64,000 bases of DNA from a virus, in the IMG/VR virus record IMGVR_UViG_3300038428_000280, positions 21,161 through 85,160 of that record. The stretch is one strand, 5' to 3'. This document shows, in pieces, positions 56,704-64,000 of the stretch. Under the pieces are notes generated by a model. That model saw only the letters and a list, made by a program, of their open reading frames with translations. It was not told the DNA's origin and made no database searches. A program made the translations under genes and the position numbers. Every line of letters starts with the position of its first letter. Positions within the stretch are counted from its first letter, which is position 1.

Positions 56704-57111
56704 TTATGCGTGAACCGTTTTATGATTATTATTTGATGCTATATTTGTGACCGGCGATATCGAAGGCGTCGGTGAGTGGGTGGAAATTTCCATCACATTC
56801 ATGATTTTAGGCATATCCAAGGAAATGCCATCCGCCTTCGCTTTATCAATGGCGGTCTGTTTGACAGGTCGAACAGCAAAAACCAACTGTGGTCTTCCCT
56901 TTCCACAATTTTTTTGCCCAATGATAGCCACTAAATTTTCTTCACTGACAGCTTTGTTCAGGCGAACACGAAGAGTGATGTCCGAACCTGATGCAGTGAG
57001 CATATGAGGATTGGCTTCCACCAAACTATCGATGGTGAAATACAAATCCTGTGAGGGCCACGCAATAGATTGCTTGGTTTTATTTTTTCGTTGTGTTTTT
57101 CTAATACTCAT
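56704..57111 (-). CDS. putative winged-helix DNA-binding protein
   Basis: FTIDSL...ITLRVRLNKAV....GKGRPQLVF wing motif. Confidence 0.55.
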   Translation of the reverse strand: MSIRKTQRKNKTKQSIAWPSQDLYFTIDSLVEANPHMLTASGSDITLRVRLNKAVSEENLVAIIGQKNCGKGRPQLVFAVRPVKQTAIDKAKADGISLDMPKIMNVMEISTHSPTPSISPVTNIASNNNHKTVHA

Positions 57112-57166
57112 AATTATACCTTCTTTTTATTTTGCTCTTTCATATTCAGAGCCTTATAGAGTCAGC

Positions 57167-57195
57167 ACTGTACTGTAAATTCATCGAATTGTCAA
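57167..57195 (-). promoter_or_regulatory. sigma70-like promoter (leadered, with SD)
   Basis: TTGACA-17-TACAGT; GAAGGT before ATG 57111. Confidence 0.6.
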
Positions 57196-57202
57196 TCTCT
57201 AT

Positions 57203-59413
57203 TTATACTTCTTTCGATAAAAAAAGTTTATTGATGGTTCGAGCAATCTCCACAACGCTTTCCACATCAATGAATTGCGCATCCTTCCCATACATCAAGT
57301 CAAACAATTCCTTTAAGGTCAATTGCCTGTTTTTGCCACGCATGTTGCCGTTTATATTTATTATGGGTAAACGAAGATTTTCTTCCTGAATAAAATAACT
57401 GAGAACTTTTACGCCATGTGAGCGAATCTTATCTATCTGTAATTTGGTGTGCAATGCACCCACTTCGCCGGTATAATTAAAACCGACACCATATCTGTTG
57501 ACATGTGAACGAATGACATAACACGGTTCTCCATCGGAGATATTGAGAAAATAATGGTCTTGTTCCGTGGTTTTTTTGCCAATAATAAATTCTTCTGCAA
57601 TTGCCTCAAAAGCCAATCCCTCGGGTGTTGACCCATTTGCACAAAGATAAGGAAACAACTGCCGCACTTTCGAAATCTTGTCGGTTTTTGAATCATAAGC
57701 CAAAACAATGTAGGGTAATTCAGCATTGTTTCCAAGAGAACTGTATGTGCATATGGTGCTTCTGAATGAGACTGACACTTCCAAATTTTCTACCATTGAA
57801 GCTGCAACACAAATAGCCACCACACATGTCATGGTTGGACACCATTTATAGTCGGATTGCATTGAACCACTAGAATCAACAGAAATATGAAGTCTAGCCT
57901 TGTTATATTTTTCACTTTTCGTTCGGTTAAAAATATGTTCAAAACCGACACCGATATCAGCAAGTAATCTCCTTTCAATTTTCCCTGAATGTTTGCGAAT
58001 ATATTTTGTTAAAACTTCCTCACCGCGAATTTGAAGCTTTCTTCCAAGTAATTTACCCAAAACAAATCCTTTGGCAACGGCTTCATCATAACGTTGTGGA
58101 GGCAAGCTCGTGCCTCCGGGCGCGGACCGGTCTATTGCAGCTAATGGAAAAGTTTCCGTGCCTGAATCAATCAACTGTTTGGTAAGTTTTTTGACCACAA
58201 TGCAATCAACTGCGGCTTGAGTATAATCCCCACTCAAGTTCAAACCGAATCCTGCTGGTAGCAAAACGATTCCGGCCTTTTCGATAGCATCCAAAACCGC
58301 CTCTTGTTGTTTGGTTACGTGTTCCTTGATACCTTCGTAGTTATGGTCAAGAATTTTACGTTGTTGATTCAATTTATCATACAAATCATTCAATTCATTC
58401 TTTGAAAAATTTGTTATATTGCCCGCATCCGCCGGGTCATATTTTACAGGTTCGTTGCCCTTTTCAGTTTGATGTTCATTAGCCTTCTCTTCTTTTGTAT
58501 TTACTTTACCTTCTTCGATGTTTTTTTCATTATTAAGACTACCACTGATGTTACTGTTACCACTCCTATTACTTGGTGAAAGTTTGTCGTGGACGGTTTT
58601 CACCGTAGCATTAGCGGAATTGGGGTCCGGCTCGTCTTTCTGAATTCCCAAATTATCCACAATAATTTCAACAACCTTGTAACTCAAATCCATTCTTTGA
58701 ACCGTTGTTTTTAATCTGAAAATATTTTGAATGTCAATCAATTCAGCAATTTCCCTCAAACCCACCAATGCGTCCAAATCGGTGTCAGGGTTGGTCAAAT
58801 TGATTACACGAACTTCATAAGAAAAAAGATTTGGAATTCTGAACGCATCTGATGTCAACATCTTGGATTGCACTTCACCATTCCAAAATTTTTCATACAT
58901 AGCTTTGTAATAACCTCTGTATCCCGGTGCCTCCTTGAAAATATAACTGTCTATGTATCGGTCTTCGACATAATTCCAAACCCATTTACATAGATGGGCT
59001 ATTTGACCTTCCGATAGATTCTTATCCTTGGCCTTTTTCTTTAAAGAAAGAGGAATGGGAATCGGAACCCTAGAAAACGTGGATTTAGCCACATCAAAAT
59101 CCGTCAATAGAATGTGTGAAGCTTCGTGCAAAGCAACGCCCACCGACCAATCAAAATCGGATTTTTTTCTGATGGAAGCCGATAAATACACCATATTTCC
59201 ATCAGTAAAACTTAAGGTTGATTTTTCTTCGGAACAAAACTGAACGGGAATATCCAAGTGGGTCAAAATATATACAAAATTGGAAACAATACGTCGATAG
59301 GCCGCAAGCTGAATCAGGTCCATTGAGAAACTTCCGTTCCCTTTGGGGATATATTGGTTCAATAAATCCTTATTTAACCAAAAATCGGAATATGATTTTT
59401 CTTGTTCTGCCAT
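57203..59413 (-). CDS. vWA protein with N-terminal HEXXH domain (CobT-like partner of MoxR)
   Basis: FTDG, LHEASH, NYVED.YI, VDSSGSM, GSTPE, ISDGEP. Confidence 0.8.
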   Translation of the reverse strand: MAEQEKSYSDFWLNKDLLNQYIPKGNGSFSMDLIQLAAYRRIVSNFVYILTHLDIPVQFCSEEKSTLSFTDGNMVYLSASIRKKSDFDWSVGVALHEASHILLTDFDVAKSTFSRVPIPIPLSLKKKAKDKNLSEGQIAHLCKWVWNYVEDRYIDSYIFKEAPGYRGYYKAMYEKFWNGEVQSKMLTSDAFRIPNLFSYEVRVINLTNPDTDLDALVGLREIAELIDIQNIFRLKTTVQRMDLSYKVVEIIVDNLGIQKDEPDPNSANATVKTVHDKLSPSNRSGNSNISGSLNNEKNIEEGKVNTKEEKANEHQTEKGNEPVKYDPADAGNITNFSKNELNDLYDKLNQQRKILDHNYEGIKEHVTKQQEAVLDAIEKAGIVLLPAGFGLNLSGDYTQAAVDCIVVKKLTKQLIDSGTETFPLAAIDRSAPGGTSLPPQRYDEAVAKGFVLGKLLGRKLQIRGEEVLTKYIRKHSGKIERRLLADIGVGFEHIFNRTKSEKYNKARLHISVDSSGSMQSDYKWCPTMTCVVAICVAASMVENLEVSVSFRSTICTYSSLGNNAELPYIVLAYDSKTDKISKVRQLFPYLCANGSTPEGLAFEAIAEEFIIGKKTTEQDHYFLNISDGEPCYVIRSHVNRYGVGFNYTGEVGALHTKLQIDKIRSHGVKVLSYFIQEENLRLPIININGNMRGKNRQLTLKELFDLMYGKDAQFIDVESVVEIARTINKLFLSKEV

Positions 59414-59421
59414 GCTTTCAC

Positions 59422-60393
59422 TTATTTGAATGGAATTCTTACCTTACCTGCACGTTTGGGGTCATTGATTGGTGTAGCGGTTTTTGCAGCGCTGACATCA
59501 ATGTATTTTTGGGCAAGTTGTTTTACAAACAAACGTTCACAATCTTGCCCACCATCTTCACTGTAAAGAGGATAAATCGTCATTTCAGCAATTTCATTCA
59601 ATGAAAACCCATCCAATACCAAACGTGCCATTTCAATCACTGAATCGGTGGTGATGAAGGTATTGATTTTTGGATTGTCGTTTTTACATGCCAATTTTGT
59701 TTCCTCCGATATTTTTACAAGTAAATGAAAATGTTCTTTTTGTTTCTCCGTGGCATCAGGAAAAAGAATACCCAACAAACGTTCTTCCTGCTTTGCACTA
59801 AGCACCTTCATTTCAACAATGACGGGAAAACGTGAAGTCAAAGCTTTATCCATTACTCTTGTAGCCGTATATTCATTGCCTATGTTTGCCGTTGCAATAA
59901 ACGAAACGCCTTCAGCAACAGGAACTATTGCTGAATTTTCGGTTTCATCCAATCGAATGTATTTTTGGGTGCTATCCAATACAGGCATCAAAATATTCCA
60001 TGCGTCATGATGTCCTCTTGAGAGTTCGTCCAAAAGAATGATTGCATTGGGAGTACTGATTGCTTTAACAAATTCAGACGAATGAAAAATCGTTCCTTCA
60101 TCCTTTTTAAACGTCGTGTTGCCTATGAGGGTGGCTCTTGCGTCCTGAGTTGAACCAAGATTGAAATAGAAAAATTGCCTTGAATCCGCATAAATTTTTG
60201 CAACCGATTTTGCAGCCTTGGTTTTGCCTGACCGTGTTGGCCCAATAAAAAGAATGTTTTTTCCTCTTACCACCGCCCAAACCAAATACTTCCATTGAAG
60301 GTCATCAATGATTAAGTCGTTGGGTTTCAACATTGTACACTCCGACAATTGTTTTGTTACCTCTTCGTTGGTCATAGAGAATATATTTTCCAT
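59422..60393 (-). CDS. MoxR/CobS-like AAA+ ATPase
   Basis: GPTRSGKT, LLDELSR, FIATAN.G.EY, D.AL.SRF. Confidence 0.88.
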   Translation of the reverse strand: MENIFSMTNEEVTKQLSECTMLKPNDLIIDDLQWKYLVWAVVRGKNILFIGPTRSGKTKAAKSVAKIYADSRQFFYFNLGSTQDARATLIGNTTFKKDEGTIFHSSEFVKAISTPNAIILLDELSRGHHDAWNILMPVLDSTQKYIRLDETENSAIVPVAEGVSFIATANIGNEYTATRVMDKALTSRFPVIVEMKVLSAKQEERLLGILFPDATEKQKEHFHLLVKISEETKLACKNDNPKINTFITTDSVIEMARLVLDGFSLNEIAEMTIYPLYSEDGGQDCERLFVKQLAQKYIDVSAAKTATPINDPKRAGKVRIPFK

Positions 60394-60402
60394 TCACATA
60401 TA

Positions 60403-60430
60403 AGTTTATCATAACCATATAAAAAGTCAA
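60403..60430 (-). promoter_or_regulatory. sigma70-like promoter, near-leaderless
   Basis: TTGACT-16-TAAACT with extended TG; ATG 9 nt downstream. Confidence 0.65.
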
Positions 60431-60435
60431 GCGCA

Positions 60436-60463
60436 AATAAAAACCGTGCAAAAAGCACGGTTT
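60436..60463 (-). terminator. intrinsic terminator
   Basis: AAACCGTGC-A5-GCACGGTTT with T run on the minus strand. Confidence 0.75.
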
Positions 60464-60490
60464 CTAATATTGTTACAACTGAATGATTTA

Positions 60491-62284
60491 TTAGGGCCTC
60501 TTCTTAAGGACAAACTTGGAAGTTTTCTTTTCCGGCACCCTCAACTTTTTATCATTCTTGTGCTTAGGCGGTTTGACTTGAGGCGTTTTTGTAATATTTT
60601 TGTTTTTGGATTCCGGGTCTTTGCCGGGTTCCGTCACCTGCTTCATTGGTTGGTCAGGCATATCCTCATCCCTCTTGGTTTGAGGTTCATTATAGTTTTT
60701 ATCATCCTGCTTGGTATCTTTTACCGAACCGTGTTTTGGGTCTTGATACCTGACACCCACCTTGGCTTTCTCCGGGCCAGCATCCTTTTTAATTACTTCC
60801 TTGTCGTCATAATTACTAAGTGCTTTTTCCCTTTGTTTGTCAGGAATGGTTTTGTTTTTCAAATCACTGAAATTAGCTTTGATGAAATCTTTAACTTGAT
60901 CCCATGTAAGGGCAATGGCTCGAACTCTATCAACCAATTTAACCATCGCATCAACGTCATAATTATTTTCAAATCTTTGAGTAATTCGAACATACAAAAG
61001 ATTTTGTGCTCTAACTATCAACTGTTGATGGTCATCCCAATAAGCTTCCCACGAAGGGTCAATACCTTTAACAAGTGTGTCAAGCTCCGTTTGCTGTTTG
61101 ACGTTGGTTTTACTGAGTCTTGGATTTGGGTCTTTGAAATATTGCTTGTCCGAAATTTCTTTTTCATCCTTGGTTTGGTCAGGTTTACCACTACTCGTAA
61201 GTGTGCTCATTTCATTTAGAACATCCTTGACCACATTACGCAAAGATTCTTTGAGACGCATCCTTGGGTCGTTTTCTTTCTTGATTTCAGAGATACATTC
61301 TCTGATCATGTTTCTGAATTTGATAATTTCATTCATAGGCTTTATTTTATTTGACAAATATTGACGAAGATAGGGATGGTTACTTATGAGTTCAGTTACA
61401 TCTACCCAAGAACCATTATTTAATATTTCATTATCGGGCACTTGATGCACTTTATGTAAATGGGTCAATAGTTCTTCGTCATTACTAAATTCACTGACAC
61501 ACATCTTACATGATGATATCTTTGTAATTTTTTCCGTGGTTAAATTTACAATAGGCCATCTATACCTGTCATGTAAATGTTTAGTAGTTAATACAGCTTT
61601 TTTAGGTGTATCTACTGTAAAATTTGCTACTCCATTACCTGCTATTTTTCCATCTGCACCATAAGCAATAATTGAATATCCTCCCAACAGTTTTTTACTA
61701 ACCACAATTTGGTTTCTATATTTTGGCTTGTTTCCCCATTCATCAAATCTGTCTCTTGGTTCATATTGCATAGGCTCTGTCGGTGGTTTTTGTTTGATGC
61801 CTTTTTTTTTCAAAAGTTGCGTAATGTCCCATCGGTTGGGTTCTTGTGTGGTAGTATCATATTTTGGTCCCTTGATAGTTTCGCCTGTATCTTCACTTAC
61901 AAATTGAACGGCTCTAGGGTATAATAAAGATTTGTCTTTTTTAAACCATTCGACAAATTCCGGCAAATCATATTGGGTATCAAACTCATATACTACTCTA
62001 TAAACACTATACTCTTTCTGCGCCGCAGATTCTATGTCAACCAACACCTGTTTGTCGCGTGGTCCATGTGCTTCTTTAAGTTGTTTCATACCAAATACAC
62101 GGTCATCAGGAACCTTATACTTTGTTTTAAGATATTCCAAATCATTACTTGTTTCTTTTACTTCCGGTTTGCCCTTGCCCATATCACACCAATAACCATA
62201 TTGGTCCAATTCCATCATTTCACCTGTTGCGGTGTTCCTCATTTTGGGTCTTTCTCCCATATCTGTAATAAAAGGTGTCACCAT
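60491..62284 (-). CDS. large multidomain putative virion protein with a C2H2-like motif
   Basis: TATTTATA 6 nt upstream of ATG 62284; IRECISE/LKESL..VLNE helices; CKMC..F.....L..H...H. Confidence 0.65.
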   Translation of the reverse strand: MVTPFITDMGERPKMRNTATGEMMELDQYGYWCDMGKGKPEVKETSNDLEYLKTKYKVPDDRVFGMKQLKEAHGPRDKQVLVDIESAAQKEYSVYRVVYEFDTQYDLPEFVEWFKKDKSLLYPRAVQFVSEDTGETIKGPKYDTTTQEPNRWDITQLLKKKGIKQKPPTEPMQYEPRDRFDEWGNKPKYRNQIVVSKKLLGGYSIIAYGADGKIAGNGVANFTVDTPKKAVLTTKHLHDRYRWPIVNLTTEKITKISSCKMCVSEFSNDEELLTHLHKVHQVPDNEILNNGSWVDVTELISNHPYLRQYLSNKIKPMNEIIKFRNMIRECISEIKKENDPRMRLKESLRNVVKDVLNEMSTLTSSGKPDQTKDEKEISDKQYFKDPNPRLSKTNVKQQTELDTLVKGIDPSWEAYWDDHQQLIVRAQNLLYVRITQRFENNYDVDAMVKLVDRVRAIALTWDQVKDFIKANFSDLKNKTIPDKQREKALSNYDDKEVIKKDAGPEKAKVGVRYQDPKHGSVKDTKQDDKNYNEPQTKRDEDMPDQPMKQVTEPGKDPESKNKNITKTPQVKPPKHKNDKKLRVPEKKTSKFVLKKRP

Positions 62285-62306
62285 ATCTCTTATAAATATG
62301 AATATT

Positions 62307-63086
62307 TCACCCAAAGAATTGATTTTCTGTAGAAGCATCCACTACAATTTCTTCTATTTCATCGGTATGATTGGTGTCTTTTGGATATGCGGAGTTAAAC
62401 GGATGTTTCAGGTTTTTTAAAATTTTCTTTTTTTCCGTTTTACTTCCCAATAAATACACATATCTGTGTTTTGAAGATTCTTTTTTTCTCCAAAAAGTAT
62501 GACCAATTTTTTTCTTTAAATATTCCACATTGTGCGACCCATAGGTTGATGATATGGTTCTCGAATGTATCCATTTGTAGGGTGGCCCAACCAACGACAC
62601 GGAATAATTAGGCATCAAGGCCAAAGAAGAATTGCCTTGGTAATAAAAATTGCACGCTTGATAAATCGTTCCCTTATGACCTTGCTCACCATCCGCATAA
62701 GAAATAACTGCTTTTATATGTGGAAAATTTTTTGCAACAAGTTCCAAAGACCTTGCTATGGAGTAACTTTCAATATTTTTACCATAACCATCATGAATGA
62801 ATAAGCGGGTTAGTTCAAATACTTCATCAATACTAATCAGTTTTGAAATGGATTCAGCCGCAGAACGACCAACCGGTTGCCCAAACACAACACATCCAAT
62901 AAGCTTTTCTTCTTGTGCATCAATAAATTGGCATTGTTCTCCCGTAATATAAAAAATACCATAAGCAACTTGGCACAAAGACCACTTGTGAGAGTAATGA
63001 TATTTTACAATTATTTCCTCGGCCACAGCTTTATCTATTTTTCTAACGACGACTTTACCGGCATCGAAATATTTTTCTTCCGACAT
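62307..63086 (-). CDS. Mom-like DNA modification GNAT-fold protein
   Basis: YHYSH, ELTRL, KNIES..I, ISYAD..QGH.GTIYQACNF.Y.G, KHRY. Confidence 0.8.
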   Translation of the reverse strand: MSEEKYFDAGKVVVRKIDKAVAEEIIVKYHYSHKWSLCQVAYGIFYITGEQCQFIDAQEEKLIGCVVFGQPVGRSAAESISKLISIDEVFELTRLFIHDGYGKNIESYSIARSLELVAKNFPHIKAVISYADGEQGHKGTIYQACNFYYQGNSSLALMPNYSVSLVGPPYKWIHSRTISSTYGSHNVEYLKKKIGHTFWRKKESSKHRYVYLLGSKTEKKKILKNLKHPFNSAYPKDTNHTDEIEEIVVDASTENQFFG

Positions 63087-63094
63087 ACGGAGTA

Positions 63095-63123
63095 ATTATA
63101 ACCTAATAGGCTAACGGTGTCAA
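63095..63123 (-). promoter_or_regulatory. consensus sigma70 promoter, near-leaderless
   Basis: TTGACA-17-TATAAT; ATG 8 nt downstream. Confidence 0.85.
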
Positions 63124-63139
63124 ACGATTATTATTGCTG

Positions 63140-63472
63140 TTATGGAGGGTCAATCGCTTCAGTTGAATTTGCTTTTTTTGATGGTGGGTCAATCATTGTT
63201 GAAGGAGGCAATTTACCTGTTCGCTCTTGTAAAACAGTTGCAATCATTGTTATTGCATTGTCAATCTTGGCTAAATGCTGGTCGGTTTCATCCTGTCGAA
63301 TTTCCAAGGCTTGTGTTTTTTCTACCGCAGACCTTGCAGTAAAATTTGTTTCAGCACAATAAAAAATGGAAGCAGTAATGATTCCAAGAATTGCAACAAT
63401 GGCAAGTATGCCATCCCAACTTATTTCATTTCTGAAGTTTTTTGCTAGCATAATAAAAAGTGTTTTCACCAT
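63140..63472 (-). CDS. single-TM coiled-coil membrane protein (holin-like candidate); start uncertain
   Basis: GILAIVAILGIITASIF TM then coiled coil; TATTTATT upstream. Confidence 0.5.
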   Translation of the reverse strand: MVKTLFIMLAKNFRNEISWDGILAIVAILGIITASIFYCAETNFTARSAVEKTQALEIRQDETDQHLAKIDNAITMIATVLQERTGKLPPSTMIDPPSKKANSTEAIDPP

Positions 63473-63506
63473 TAATAAATATAAAAAGTGTAATGAAAAA
63501 TCAAAA

Positions 63507-64000
63507 TTAACTGCATTTGGACCATCCACATGTTGTACATGATACACAACCCTCAAGATAAACCAATCCATTACCACAACTTGGGCAGACTTGGCCCCTT
63601 GCCACTTCACCATTTTGAATATATTTCTTTAATACCCTTGCAGCGGCGGCGCCCATCGAAGTGATATCTTCGGTGGCTTTTTGTAATTGGTCCACTATGA
63701 ATTGAATGGGCACACCATGACGCAAACTTGTGGATGCAAGTCTGAACATGATTTGTTCAGTAGGAGTAAATTGTTTGCTAAAATCCTCAATCAAAATGTC
63801 ATCAATTTCCAAAGCATACTGACGATGCTTTACTTTGGAGATTTTACCTTTTTTGAAATTTGATTTCAATCCAGGACCATTAAGATGTCCACCAAATATT
63901 TCATAAGGTTGACCATTTTGAAGGCCGACAGCAATACAGAATTTTTCTCCCTTGACATTCACAACGTAAATATCAGCATCCAAAGTTGGAAGTCTTTCAG
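63507..64000 (-). CDS. nrdJ: class II ribonucleotide reductase C-terminal part (5'-truncated by window edge)
   Basis: PYEIF, RL.S..LRHG, C-terminal CPSCG...EGC..C..CGWSKC. Confidence 0.75.
   Translation of the reverse strand, partial: ERLPTLDADIYVVNVKGEKFCIAVGLQNGQPYEIFGGHLNGPGLKSNFKKGKISKVKHRQYALEIDDILIEDFSKQFTPTEQIMFRLASTSLRHGVPIQFIVDQLQKATEDITSMGAAAARVLKKYIQNGEVARGQVCPSCGNGLVYLEGCVSCTTCGWSKCS

Noticed and set aside
60446-61219. 257-aa plus-strand ORF and other antisense ORFs (e.g. 6750-7166, 13029-13457, 42754-43149)
   Set aside because: Shadow frames opposite well-supported genes, with no motifs or expression signals
1-64000. Alternative genetic code (TAG/TGA recoding) as in some jumbo phages
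   Set aside because: Long conserved genes are intact in code 11, and TAA, TGA and TAG all end genes at sensible coupled junctions
1-64000. CRISPR arrays, tRNA or rRNA genes
   Set aside because: No regularly spaced direct repeats or cloverleaf/T-loop signatures seen; intergenic gaps are very short

Overview
This AT-rich, densely coding 64-kb window is most consistent with part of a jumbo or large T4-like (myovirus-type) dsDNA phage genome in standard code 11. Replication and nucleotide genes include a family-B DNA polymerase, a gp45-like sliding clamp, gp44/gp62-like clamp loader subunits, an SNF2-type helicase, a PD-(D/E)XK nuclease, dUTPase, a class II RNR C-terminus and a DUF5664 dNTP diphosphohydrolase. 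Other modules are an RNA-repair set (Rnl5-type ligase, cyclic-phosphate receiver domain, P-loop kinase), a MoxR-AAA/vWA pair, late acidic head-type proteins, and an approximately 21-kb glycan biosynthesis and modification locus (about 9 glycosyltransferases, methyltransferases, B12 radical SAM, TPP enzyme, dehydrogenases). Notable candidates: four Mom/DUF4338-like DNA-modifying GNAT enzymes, two with clamp-binding-like C-terminal tails; a minimal histone-fold protein; a polymerase with no canonical start codon for its N-terminus; a genome-wide near-leaderless sigma70-type promoter architecture; and a late-gene motif TATTTATA. All family assignments come from motif recognition by eye, not database searches. 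No tRNA, rRNA or CRISPR array was seen.
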